From the NCBI GenBank assembly GCA_032718475.1, contig JAUCBJ010006127.1, positions 1-48,603 of the forward strand: 48,603 nt of DNA. Reading direction: 5' to 3'. The stretch's first letter is position 1; each line of letters starts with the position of its first letter. Below are positions 1 to 13,390 of the stretch, one piece after another. The DNA comes from Nemertoderma westbladi (lineage: Eukaryota; Animalia; Xenacoelomorpha). The notes under the pieces are model-generated. The model saw only the letters and a list, made by a program, of their open reading frames with translations. It did no database searches and had not been told where the DNA came from. Both the position numbers and the translations under genes were made by a program.

Positions 1-149
1 AAAAAATTATAATTTTTATTTTTTTCAAAATGTTTATTGTTTGGGTTCCTTAGGCCTATGCAGTTATGGTATGGCTACCACTGTAACTTGCTGACCTGCT
101 CATTTTGGTACCTACTTACAGTGACTTATCTTTTTTTTTTATGATTTGG

Positions 150-345
150 TGGTGTGATTTGTCAGTTTGTTGTGATTTGGTATCATTCTGCATTCAGTAT
201 GATTTGGTTTGGCCAGTTGGCAGTTTGGTGTGATTTGGTTTTGGGATTAGGCCTATTTTTTGTTATTTGGTTTGTGATTTGGTGTGATTTACTGTGATTT
301 GGTTCATGGCTTGTGATTTGTTGTGATTTGGGTTTTTAGACGGCT
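150..345. repeat. Degenerate TGTGATTTGG short repeat array, probably transposon subterminal repeats
   Basis: About ten tgtgattt(g) words, ending abruptly at ggtttttagacggc. Confidence 0.55.
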
Positions 346-3300
346 GGACCTGGACGGACCGGACCCCAAACTGCAGATCTAGCCTATATCCTGATATCTG
401 TCAGTCTGTATAAACTGTACCGGTCAGCACATGCCAGTCTGTCAGTACAGTACCGGTACCTACCGCTACCGGTAGGTCTATCTCTGTCTGTCTGTATCTG
501 ATGAACTGTCAGACTGTTTAGAGCTTACCCTTACAGCCTTACGCTTAGCCTGTCAGCCTGTTAGCACTTAGTCCTACTTCTGTACCCTACTTCCTGACTT
601 CCTACAGTCAGACCAGACAGTCAACAGCCTGACAATGAACAGCTCAGCTCAGCAGCTCCCACTGCCTGAGCCTGACCAGCTGACTGTCGTATCGTACCGT
701 ACCACTGTCTGACTGTTCACTGTTAGACTGTCTGACTGTGTCACTGTGACTGTACTGCTGTACCAGCATGCAACTGTCAGACTGTTCAATCAGACTTTCA
801 GTCAGTCAGTCAGTACAGCATACTAGCATTGGCGCCTGGCAGCCTGGCCCTGCACCCTGTGCCCTGGCAGTCCCGTCTGGGTTAATGGAGTAAGGCAGGC
901 AGTCTGCTGTCTACGGACTACAGGTCCTGGCTCTGGCATCTGGCGAACCGACCGCTGGCAGGCTGGACCGTACACGTCCTGAACTGACTGACTGACAGAC
1001 TGACGTAGGCCTACAGCCGTACTGTAACTGCAGTACTGCATACTGTACTGTAATTAATACTGTACAGAGCTGCCGGGGCAGTAGGCAGGTAGGCTGTATG
1101 CCAGTATGCAGTATGTATATCCTCCTGACTGCCTGATATCTGTGCTGCTGTCTGGCTGTGCTGTACCGGTACCGGCCAAGCTGCTAGCCGACTGCAGACT
1201 GGTATGTGGTATGTATGTGGTATGGTACAGTGGTAGGCCTACTGATGTTCTAGCAACGGCTGAACTGGCTGTGGAATCAATATATTCCAGCAATCATGTA
1301 CTTTAATACTGTAGCTGTATTTTCTGATTGTCATAGTCTGATAGTGGATAGTGTAGTGTAGAGGCTAATTTCTGTATGAATGAATGAATTAATAATTCGT
1401 TTAATTTCCTGTACATAATGGAGGAATGTAAATAGGAAAATTGCCGTTAATCACAAACACAGATTACAGAAAACTTTATAATTACAGAAATAATACGTTA
1501 AAATTACTTTAAAAAGAGGCTTAAATGAATTTACTGTAGTTAGGGCCATTCATCAGTTCAGTTCAGATACACATCATTAACCTACAGACCTATGTAATAA
1601 ATATTTGCATTGGATTTCGACAGAAGAGCTATCAGCTGGCTACACTAATTTATATTACAAACACACAGTTAGTGAGAGAGTAATACAGTAGTAAAACTAA
1701 TAACTGATTAATGTTTGCTTACTGTCTGGGTTGTAGAGTGAGTGATTATAACTTGGCAGAGGAAGTAATTCCTTGTTGGCCCTTCCTATTGTATTAAATA
1801 GCATTACACTAAGGTCATCTCTGTGGACGCTCATATCCATTCACCTGGATGCCACAGTACAGTAAACTAAAGTAAATTTCCTCAACAATGTTTGCCTCGG
1901 CCCGATAAGGAACCGATTTTTTATTTTAAATAAAAGAGACAACGAGAATTAGTATAGAACTAATAATTATGTAAAAATACAATCATATTTCATACAATAA
2001 TTATTAATAAATTTGATCTATTATTAGTTGCTCAATTCTAGAACAAAATCGACCTGCAACTAGTGAAGACCTCGTTTTGGAATTTCGAAACCACGCTGGT
2101 GCGATGTGCGATATCGTGTTTAGTTAATAAATTGAAAACTCCATCAGTTCTCATGTGCAACCAGTAATAAGAAATCGCGATAAATGTAATTAAAGAAAAA
2201 TTATTCTAGAAAAATTTTCCTCAAAAAGTATGAAGTCTTGGCATTGGTGACGCGAAACTAGGCTAGTGAGATTCAGAATATTGCGTTTAATATAAAAATC
2301 AAAAACGCTATCGAATTCCGTAAAGGCGTTAATAAAATACTGCAACTTTTTTGAAATTTGTAAAATTCTAGAACTAGAAAAAATTAATTTTTGAACGGCG
2401 CTGTTTGGGGTTTCGAAACATGGATAGGCTGAAAGAGGACATCGAATTAAGTTGAAAAATGAAAACCCCATCGAATTTGGACAAAGCGTTCCGGAGTTAT
2501 AGCGGATCGAAAAAAATTTACCCCCCCCCCCCAGTCGCCAAAAATTAACAGTAATTTAAAATTTTGCAAAAAAAATATTTTGCGTTATTTTTGATGGCGA
2601 ATCGATTGGCAGTACTGGCTACGAAAAATTTTTTTTTGAAATTTTTGGTCAGAAAAAAAAACATGGAAAAAGTATATTTTTAAAAAGATTTGATGTCTTT
2701 GCCTATGGTCAGAGAATGATCCAACTCTGTACTTGGCAATCGCTCAAATCCATTCAGCTGAATGGCACAGTAGAGTAAACTAACGTAAATTCCCTATACA
2801 ATGTTCTGAAGGGGAGACTGACAGAGAGTAATCCAACAATAAAACATGTTGCAATAATGTTGGCATTAATGTAGCCAACACACTGTGTACTTAACAGTCA
2901 TTCAGCTTACATTAGCAGAGTGAGATATTCCCATAGATGGCATTGGGAAGAGTAATTCAGCTGAGGCGATAATAGATTTCAAACTAAACCAACCACCAGT
3001 CAATGTTTGCTTTGACAGAGAGTGCAGGGCCTAAACAAACAGTATGGGTGTACTAAGTATAATAATCTTGGCAACCTCATCGATTTATTACTAAGCCTTG
3101 TGTAGAAATGCATTACATAAGCCATTTTTCATCAGGACACCAGCTGTCATTGGTGTTATTTTACCATTGCGCCTATGGCGTTTTTTTTGTTTATGTCTAT
3201 TTTTCGAGCCCACGGCTCATGGACGAAATAGCGGAACATACCAAGGACCTTAGAATCGCGGTATCTAGCCGCTGTGAAATTTTCATCAAAATCGTTAGAG

Positions 3301-5667
3301 TAGTTCTGGCTGTAGGTCAGTCAGTCAATCAATCAATCAGTCAGCCAGCCACGAGCAATTCTTACAGTAATGAACCTCTCGGTTCCTAATAAATTCTGAC
3401 TCACCCACGGAGGAGGAGTTGAGTAAAACTAAATCTATTTCAAAATGTAATGCAATCTCATAAAGATTTGTAGAAAAATTTGGGGGGTGGTGCATGAATT
3501 ACGACACTATATTCCAGGACACAGTGTATGGTAAGATTGCTGTACGCATGTCGTTTATGTCACATGACGCATTGATTGCTGCGCTTGCATTAAGGCCCCC
3601 CTTCACATGCAGCAATTTTTGTTTCTGCAACGTATTTCTGAAACAGAGGTTGCTGCGTGTCCGTGCTCAGAGTCCAGCAATAAAGTTGCTGCAACATTTT
3701 GAAAAAAAACTTTTCTTACATCTCATTTTTATACTAGCTAATTTTAGATAATTTGAGTGATTTGATATTACAAATAAATAAATTATTGTACGTCGTAAGA
3801 ATGTTACGCCGTCTTATCGACGAAATTAAGCCGCTACTACTCCTTATGACCTTAATCCCACACCCCCATGACCTTTATTGCCCCCCCCCCCCCCCCTGCT
3901 AAATCTATATTGAAATTAACTTACTGGATAACTGTATCGCTTATTCTTGGTCAAATTATTAAAAGCGACATGCTAACTTTATTTATCGTCTCATACCCCC
4001 TTACTCAACTTATTTCCCGCTCCTTGTTAACTTTATTTCCCGCCCTTTGCTAACTTTCTTTCCCATACCTTTTACTCCATTATATTACACCAAAACACTC
4101 CCACACCCACATCCAGTTAATTGAATCATTAGAAAACAGACTTATTGATGATTAAATAATAAGATATTAATTATTTATAAATTTTATAATAAATTGAAGT
4201 AACATATAGACATGATTGCGAATAAAACGAGACTACAAATGGTCAAATATTTCCAATGAGATGATACAAATGAGATTGATGATCTAAAATTACACAATGG
4301 AAACATCAATAACATAATATGAACAAGAAGAATGAATGACCATAATAATTTACCATAACCTATAGACCACAATCTCAGTATATTTCAGTATAAATACTTT
4401 TACCATTATAAGTAATTATTCATGTAAACATATCCAAGGAGTTAATTTTGACTATTCGAAATGTGCTGCATGTTACCAACCAACACGAATATGTACGGAA
4501 ACCATCCCAAATTGTTTTATTTTTTTTTAGTTTGGGGAGATTAAATAATTAATGTAACATAGTTAATAGTAATTTAGTGCTATTTAGTAGCAAAAAAATA
4601 TTACAATTCACAATTAAGTGAATTGGAGTTGAGATGTTAATGCAACAAATAGCGCTGGTTCAACCCCCTGTGACGTGCTTCTTAATTTCTTCAATTTCTG
4701 GACAAAACCATTACATCCTTAATTACAGTTGCTTTAACAGCTCAACTTTAATTTCAAAATATCGAAAGATACTGAGATTGGGCTATGGACTTTATAGTAT
4801 AAAGATATACCTGGACTGAAGTTCATGTTAATTGGTCTAAAAATAAAACTAATAGTCGAATATTCCCACAAATTTAGCTAATTGTCAAAATTTAATAATC
4901 AATAATTTATTATAGTTCAGATTTTTCTCACTTCAGCTCTTCTCACTACAACAGGTGTCTAAATGTCACTCTCAGCATCTTACATTTGTAACCAGAACTC
5001 TGATTTGTAACAAAACACCCAGATTTGTTACCATACAATTGGATTTGTAACAACACTCGCGGATTAGTAACACCAACACTCATGTCTAGTTACTCATATT
5101 GTCTTTATAGAGTTAAAAGTTATAAAATTAAACCTTTGACCGAAAGGTCAACCGTTCATTCTAGCCGTTATAAATAATTGCAATAACTTTAAAACCACTA
5201 ATCACTACTAAAAAGCATTACGTATCTTTCTATACACGTGCAACTTACAAAATGCTACTTAAAGTAAAAAAAAAAAAACAGAAAACGGCAGCATTGGAAA
5301 AAATGCACTGTGAAAGTAGAATTGGTATAAGGAGATATTTAATATAATGGAATCAGCCAAATTAATACTGATAAATTATTACACACATATGATAAGGGAT
5401 TCGGATATAACGTAATTTAGGTTCTGAAGTAATAATAATACCCCGAGTAAACAAATAGAATATGAATCTAACAAGCCGTATAAAATAAAAAAAACATGAA
5501 ATGTAGTTATTTATAAACATAAATATACAGTGAATATTAGTAATAATTTATATTGTATAATATTAATAATATAAAACACACGGTGAATTGAATTCGAATA
5601 ACGGTTTGTAATACTTTAAAAAGAGTATTTTTGCTTAAATAAACTATATATTTGCGGGATATATTAT

Positions 5668-5673
5668 TTTATT
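5668..5673 (-). terminator. Candidate AATAAA polyadenylation signal of the CTTNBP2NL-like gene
   Basis: tttatt on + (AATAAA on -), ~470 nt after the stop codon in an AT-rich putative 3'UTR. Chance occurrence is likely in such DNA. Confidence 0.3.
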
Positions 5674-6143
5674 TCATGTAACGTAAATATTTTAATAATT
5701 CAATTTAAATTAACAGTTCTATATTTATATATTAGTTAATGATAATAAAACAAAGGGTTATTTTTGATACAAGTCTGGAAGTCTGCCATTGAACCCGATA
5801 TCTCAAGCCAAAGTTAGAAAATAAGCTAAAATAAAAAACTCTTTAACTCAAAACTCCGTTTAAAGGCGTCAAGCAAACTCGACCACACCCCGTTACAAAG
5901 ATTACTTTTAATTAAATTCGAATTTAATTAGATTCTTAAAAAATTACTTTTAAGAACACAAAAACCCAGTCACAATACTGATACTAGTACTCTCTGAAAC
6001 TAATAACTCAATAATGGAAGTATATTGCCGGTATTTGCCATTGTGTGACCCTTTCATATTACATGAATATTATCAATAATCGAAAATACAAAATATTCTT
6101 ATGAAACGAATACAAAAGGTGATAAAACTGAGTTGACTATATC

Positions 6144-7078
6144 TCAGTGATCACTTGTGTTAGTATTAGTATAAGATGGGAAGCTAGCAGTTAGTGAATT
6201 ATAGTAACTCAGAGCGCTATTCTCTGGAGTAACTTTGACTTTATTACTTTCAGTTTGAGATACCTGGTATTGTTGTCCACTGCTGCGGCGTATCAGTCTG
6301 ATGTCTGGTTTACGCTTCACAGCGGGTTTATTTAACTGGGGTATCCTAGTCGTGGTATCCCCGTTACCACCACTGAGTGACAGCTCATTGGATAATCTCG
6401 CTGTCTCCCTGGTAACGAAACTACTCGATGCTGTCAATCTGTCCCCTGGATACCCAATCTGGGAATAATTGTTGTTAGGTTTAACGTTGTTAGCATTGGT
6501 TACCATGCCACCGTTGTTGACATTGGTAACCGTAGAAATGTTCTTAACTTTAGTAACGTCGTTGACCTTTGTAACCTGGGTAACGTCGTTGAAGTTGGTA
6601 ACGGCGTTGACTTTGGTCACCCGGGTAACGTCTGCAAAATTGTTTACCTTTGTGACGTCACACGGGTTGGTAGCCTTGGAAACCTCGCTGATTGCACCGA
6701 TGGAAGTGAGTTTCATAACTCTGGTTGTCGAGACTAGGGGTGGCGTGGAGCGATGGGGGGTGATGGTGGGGGTGGGCCGGATCAGGGGAGGGGGGGACAC
6801 CGGAGGGGGCGACACGGACCCCGCGCTGTGTCCGCTACTGCTCGTCGATTGGTTGCAGTCAACGTCGTTATGGACCGGGGGGCTGGGGACCGCGACATCA
6901 CCATTCCCATAGCAACGTTGCGATTGTACCGCGTCCAGCTGGGCCTGGAGGGCCGCGTTCCGCCCGAGTTCCCTACGTACTAGCGCCTTCAGCTGCTCCC
7001 GTTCCGTGTCGAAATCAGAGGCTTTCTTCTCAAATTCGGCTTCCATTACGAGACAATCGCGAGTTTTTCGCATCAATC
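6144..7078 (-). CDS. CTTNBP2NL: CTTNBP2NL-family gene, terminal exon 5
   Basis: Acceptor tttttag|GA completes the phase-1 GGA codon. MEAEFEKKASDFDTEREQLKA resembles EAQVEKQLSEFDIEREQLRA. A Pro/Ser/Thr-rich tail follows, with TGA at 6146-6144. Exon total 1638 nt = 545 aa + stop. Confidence 0.92.
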
Positions 7079-7585
7079 CTAAAAATATTTAACACAGTGA
7101 AATTATTTAACTTGAAATTAAACACTTTTAGTTCCCTAGTTGCGTTTATTGAACTGATTAACGCAAATTTCTTACTGATTGCAATTGTTTTTTGTTCAAG
7201 GAAATGCAGGTGATGTCAAAATAATATTTGTTATTGGTGGACCACAATGACACGACGGAAATACTCTTATTCGAGTCGTAAAATGTTGGATTTTATAAAT
7301 ATATCAATTTCATTTACACTGGATGGGGATGGTATACTCTCTGTGGATATTTTTTCAGAAAGTACTGCATTACATCATGTTGTCCAGAAAACTGGACGCA
7401 CAGTTTATCATTTCTAGAGGTTTCTGAGAACATGGGAAACGATTTTATGTTATTTACTCGAGTAGAGTAAACCTATACCAACATAATGATATATGACTAT
7501 TGCCAGGGTTTCTGTTTGCTGAGGTTCACCCAGACTCGATTGAAGTTCAATAATCATGATGCAAAAATAGCGGCTTGTAGGTATT

Positions 7586-8277
7586 TGGAGCGACATAGTT
7601 TTAACACTATAAGGCCGCGTTCACACTACCGAGTCTGGAGCGACATAGTTTTAACACTATAAGGCCGCGTTCACACTACCGAGTCTGGAGCGACATAGTT
7701 TTAACTTTTAACACTATAAGGCCGCGTTCACACTACCGAGTCTGGAGGGACATAGTTTTAACACTATAAGGCCGCGTTCACACTACCGAGTCTGGAGCGA
7801 CATAGTTTTAACTTTTAACACTATAAGGCCGCGTTCACACTACCGAGTCTGGAGCGACATTGTTTTAACTTTTAACACTATAAGGCCGCGTTCACACTAC
7901 CGAGTCTGGAGCGACATAGTTTTAACACTTTAAGGCCGCGTTCACACTACCGAGTCTGGAGCGACATTGTTTTAACTTTTAACACTATAAGGCCGCGTTC
8001 ACACTACCGAGTCTGGAGCGACATAGTTTTAACACTTTAAGGCCGCGTTCACACTACCGAGTCTGGAGCGACATAGTTTTAACTTTTAACACTATAAGGC
8101 CGCGTTCACACTACCGAGTCTGGAGCGACATAGTTTTAACACTATAAGGCCGCGTTCACACTACCGAGTCTGGAGCGACATAGTTTTAACTTTTAACACT
8201 ATAAGACCGCGTTCACACTACCGAGTCTGGAGCGACATAGTTTTAACAGTATAAGGCCGCGTTCACACTACCGAGTC
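7586..8277. repeat. Minisatellite, 13 units of 50/57 bp, spanning a flank-MITE junction
   Basis: Unit tggagcgacatagttttaacactataaggccgcgttcacactaccgagtc. The 57-bp variant has a ttttaac duplication (7 x 50 + 6 x 57 = 692 bp). Confidence 0.97.
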
Positions 8278-8434
8278 AAAGTCAAAAGACAAAATGCAAA
8301 ACAAATCACATGAAATTTAATTTTTTCTAGAATGCCCTTATGTATTATATTATATATTGTATTATTATTTATTATTGCTAGCTATGTTTATTTTCTTTTA
8401 ACTTTGACTTTGACTCGGTAGTGTGAACGCGGCC
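8255..8434. mobile_element. 180-bp MITE, PIF/Harbinger (Tourist-like)
   Basis: TIR ggccgcgttcacactaccgagtcaaagtcaaa ... tttgactttgactcggtagtgtgaacgcggcc, flanked by TAA (8252-8254) and TAA (8435-8437). Confidence 0.9.
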
Positions 8435-9553
8435 TAACGAGGCCTTTGACGACATTTCGAGCAGATACAGAGGATAAGATCATCTTCAAAACAGTATAGC
8501 TTATATTGTGAATGTAATTCAAACCATCGAAAACTGACAATAATTATGTGAACCATAGATTTGGTTACTTTTGAAGAGAATCAACCTAATCCGTTCTCGA
8601 GTTATTGAATGTCAAAATAAAAAATAGGGTCTATCCCATCCCGATGGTGTCCCATCCGTGACGTTTTTAAATGAAAATAAAAGCTAGAAATATATTGACA
8701 TGGTGGAATTTATATGTCGCGATCGCGTTTATAATATATTATACATATACATAAAATATACATATATATTTTGGCAATGAAATGGTTCAAATGAAAATTT
8801 TCAGAAAACTGAAAATTTCGTCATGGATGGAACATTTTTTTGTAACACGACCGTGAATCTTTTACTTTTAAGCTAAACTAGAGCCATTTCCCAGTAACTT
8901 TTATAAATATAAAAATTTGCACATATTGGACCATTGAATATGCTTTAAAAAATCATCCTCATAACCAAATTATTTCACCATCACATATGGCTTTACATAA
9001 TCATCAGTCACTATATAAAAATATATCTGTTATCAATCAAACCCATAGAATGTATCACAAAATTGTTTGATATTGATTATTTTCAATTTTATTATCAAAT
9101 TAATTAATTATTTTCATATTTAAAAAAAAATAGCATTATTCACATCACATTAAAATGGCGACAATAAAATGAGTTAGGATCAAAATTTTAAAATTCTGAC
9201 CAATACCCTTCAAGACACCAATCTTGTGATTACTATGACCAAATTTCATAAAAAAAATATTAGCAATTGTCAGAAGAGTAGCATTTTATGTATATTTGGA
9301 ATGAAAAAATTCCATTCCGAGATAATTGCCCTTAAAGTTTGAACCCTCCCGCCCAAAAACTATCTGTTAATATGTGAGCATGTCTGCCAATATATATCTA
9401 GCAACAAGAAAGCACAAAACCATGCTAAGATTATTGCTATGGAGGTTTTCCTGGTCACTGATTTCATTTCTGAGGTCAGTTTTCACTTTCAATGAAATCT
9501 AGTTTATCTGTATGTCGGTCTTTCTGACTACCCGACTATCTGTCTGTCAAACA

Positions 9554-10735
9554 CAGGGGCGGCGCTAGACCAAGATAAGGGGGGGGGGGGGGGGGGGGGG
9601 TGTAAGTCAATTTGCACCGACTTAAATTGAATCGGTTCAACTGTGCTTGTATTAGTAATAATTTATATTAATAAATCTTATTGTTCATGTTTTAACATCC
9701 ATGAGATTGTATAAATTATTAATTAATTTAAACAGGACTTAGGATGAACCAACTCTATAGCAAATGAAACGGAAAAAATGAATCCATAAATTATATCAAT
9801 AAAAAATAATTATTTATTACATGGGAAAAAGCAGAACTTTTTTTCACTATTCCCGAAGCATTTTATTTACCGAGCGCAAGCGAGGTGCGAGATTAAGAAT
9901 ATTGAAAAAAATTTTATACATTTTCCCCAAGTAATACGTCTTTTTATTCTTAAATTTGTACTTTTTTGTTGCTCAATTCTTTAATAAAAGTAGAGAGAAA
10001 TAGTTTTCAAAATAAATTGAAATATAGTATTTTAATATATTGCTTCCATAGTTACGTCGGTTGAAATTATTGTACTCTTCAACTCCCTTCAACACAATGT
10101 TAAATAATTGCGTTTGTTCTAGAATATTTATTACGTAACTAGAGAGCCGCTTAACTACATAAACCAATATGGGATATTGAGTTCCGTTTTGGAGTACGCC
10201 GCACAGACACTAAAGTTACAATAACTTTTGAGTGCGTGAATGGAATTTGCTCAAATAACGTGCAAAGCTTTTCTACGTCGATGTTCTTTCAACACATGTA
10301 ATAAAATTTAAGAAATTCCATCAGTCAATATTTTAATTTACTTTTTTCGCCGGGAAAAAAGTCAAATCAAGGCAAAATCATTACATTTTTCCTAGGGAAA
10401 AAGTGAAACTTTTATTCGGGTATATTCGAGCAAAAAGTTACAATTTTAGAATAAAATATTATACTTTTTATGCGGTGGTAATTATAATAGTATTGTAATT
10501 TTTATTAAGGAGTTGTAACTAAGTATTAATATTTAAAACGAAGTAGTAGGCTACACAGTACTTTATAGAAGTTCACAAAATATTTAGATTAAACAAATAT
10601 TATCGCTTTAATTATTTGAATTGAATACTACGTTTTTTTTAGAGAAATCCAGTTCTTAATTATTGTACTCAATTCAATAGTTTCAACAATATCCTTTTCA
10701 CATGCTATCAGTAACAATGACTCCAAAGTCTTTTT
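9554..10735 (-). mobile_element. Decayed hAT transposon 3' part with a transposase C-terminal relic
   Basis: CAGGGGCGG hAT-like terminus at 9554. 10735-10628 on - reads KKTLESLLLIACEKDIVETIELSTIIKNWISLKKT*, resembling the end of the hAT dimerisation domain (LxxLxLLxIExDIxxxLxxxxIIxxF). Confidence 0.55.
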
Positions 10736-11420
10736 TAGGGATGTCCCGGAATCGATATTTTGATTCCGGCCGGAACCGGAATTCAACATGCCGGAATATT
10801 CCGGCCGGAATTCCGGTCGGAACCGGAATTTTCTATAATTAGTGAAATACACTAAATGACCCATGAAACTTTATATTTTTTGTGAAACAAATGATTTTTT
10901 TTAATTTATACAGCTAAGTTTGATAATGAGAGGAATCAGAACGTTAGGGGGAATTAAAGTGGGTGGAGTGTAGAATGGCCTGGGCCCTTATGGGGACGGG
11001 ATGGTACTTCGGCACTGAATGGCAGGGAATTCAACATAATTTTTTTCTAAAATCTATAACTTTGGCCAAAAGTTAGGTTATTAGCATTTAGACTCCTAAA
11101 AACCTACGTTAAACAAAAACCTATGGTTTCGCGTCATTAGGTAGGTCCTTTCGTGCAATATCCTGGTGTCTTTAAGGGAAAGGGGCATGTTACTGTGACA
11201 TGTTATTCGAACCAAAACAATAAACGAGGCCACTAGTACATGTTACAGTTTAATTATTGCGGGGAATAAATAGATTTATGGTAAGAAATAGGTTTGCTGT
11301 AAATATAAATAAAACAACTATATTATGCAGCACCTACAACGCAGGACTGAACTAACGTCCACTCGCAGAACCTGTACGTATTGTAATAACGTTTTGTAAT
11401 TAGTTTTAGGTTAGAGTAGT
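10736..11420 (-). mobile_element. Truncated inverted copy of the right end of the hAT element at 14586-17019
   Basis: tagggatgtcccggaatcgatattttgattccggccgg... is the reverse complement of ~16410-17019. Confidence 0.9.
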
Positions 11421-13149
11421 AATTGTAATTAGTCTTTCATAACTAACAAACAGTCTTTCCATCGTGACATTTTACTGCGATGAGATATCGCATCGCTGCC
11501 CGTGCGCTTTCGTCTTTTCATTTAGTTAACAAATTGACAGTTTTGAATACAGTAAGTAGTCAATACTGTAGTGCCAGTATAATAGATAAATACTATAGTG
11601 AAATTAAAACAAAGTTAATAAAGAAAGGCCTATTACCATGGGCAAAGTATTACTACTAACTTACCGCCAGTATTACAGTTCAATTCAATCTTCCCTCTTT
11701 CACTGTCATTAAAAAGTTATCCTGTTACAACACAAAATAGTTTCATGGTGTTATGAACCCGATCTATTACAGAGATTCATTTCGAGTGTCAATTTTAACA
11801 TTTGATGATTTCCAAATTGTCTGTTTGGCTGTCAGAATGTCGGTTAAAATTAGAGGGACAGACTGACAGACAGACAGAAACCACAAGGCCAATTTGAATA
11901 ATGGCATAAGAAATTAAGTCACCGACAACGAAAACCCAATAATTTTTTAGACAGAAAGTATACTTTTCATTGACGGATAAACCTACAGTCAAACTGACAA
12001 ACAGTCTCGAGTCATATCTCGAGAAGTAAGACAGATTTTGCTAAACGGTTTTCAAATATGGAATCTTGATAAAAATCTGCTGCAGATGAAATAAAAAAAA
12101 TTTGCAAAATTTATTCAAATAGCGCTAACCCCCCCCCCCCCCCCCCCCCCATAATACAAGCTACATTGGGGTGTCTAATTGTGGATGACATGGTGGTGGC
12201 GGCTAAATAGATTTGTTAAGCCGGCATAACATCTCAATGTGCAGTTTCAATGCAGCAGACCGAGACCCCAACCGCGTTCCCTTCAGGAACATATTAGTTG
12301 TCTTGACCTTTACGATTGCGGTAATTGGTGTTCAGTTAATTAATTACAGTGGATATGATGATTAGACTGGAACCGCAAAAACATTCACATTATATAATAT
12401 GTCTTCCAACTAACACTCACCAGGCACACTACAGAATCAGGAAGCTGCTATAGACGGATGGTATACGGGGAAAAGTGAAACAAAATGCAGTTCAGTTGTT
12501 TGCAGCATGACATTTGGATAGGCCTACAGGGACAGGTATCTATTACTTTTGCCTGTGACTGCTGCAGTGCATACTTACTACATACAGTAGCAGCATATAG
12601 ATAAGTGATATTGGCAGGGTGGCAACTGCTTGCCAAAAAATCATGTCACGGATGAAATCTGCGTCACGGACGGACTTGGTATTTTTTCTCAAATGACAAA
12701 TTTTATTAAGTTAACATTTAGCCTCTGCTTGCAAACAATAAAAACAGTCTCTTGTTCTTTCCCTGATGCAGTATAAAGATCGCTAAAGTAGTACTCTCTC
12801 TCTCTCTCTCTTTAATAAAAAGTAAATAAAGTCTTTAATAAAGTAATACTCCACTGATAGCAACAACTACCACCCAATCTCTCTGATGTCTATGTACTAA
12901 GCGAAATATTATGAATATGAAATATAATCAATTATAACTTTTTAAGATACTCAATCCGAACTCACAATATGGCTTTCGCCCCAAAACTACTACAACCGCG
13001 CCCTCAAAAAATCAATCAATGCGGTTCCAATGAGGCTGTTGATTGGATGAGTCAGTGGACGCCATATTTTAGTTGTAATGAGAGTCTCGGAATTACGAAT
13101 AAGTTCCGAAATATACGAAAGTTACGAATTATTGAGTAACTAAAATTAC

Positions 13150-13390
13150 CTTCAGATATTGTTTGCACCTTGTCCTTCTCTTCTTGCAGCCGTCTACTGA
13201 GTGTCTCATTGGCCAGTCGTTCTCGAGTTAGACTGGCTAGGAGTCTCTTACGCTCCTGAACCAATAGTAGCGCCGCGACTCCGTGGTTAACCGGCCCCGC
13301 AGCCCCCAGAGTTTCGGGTGCGGGGATGTTCTCTTTCAGTTCCGCGTTCTCTTTATCTAGTTTTAAGCGTTCCTTTCGCTCGAATTCCAA
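13150..13390 (-). CDS. CTTNBP2NL: CTTNBP2NL-family gene, exon 4 (coiled coil)
   Basis: Acceptor ttttacttttag|TTG. LEFERKERLKLDKE..LLLVQERKRLL..LQEEKDKV continues the family LEFEK../MLVLECKK../LEKEKSRV pattern. Donor G|GTAATT, phase 1. Confidence 0.9.

Noticed and set aside
6469-6983. Hydrophobic 147-aa and 76-aa plus-strand ORFs
   Set aside because: Antisense shadows of exon 5 with non-ATG starts.
7586-8277. CRISPR-like array
   Set aside because: There are no unique spacers; whole units are repeated, the context is eukaryotic and no cas genes are present.
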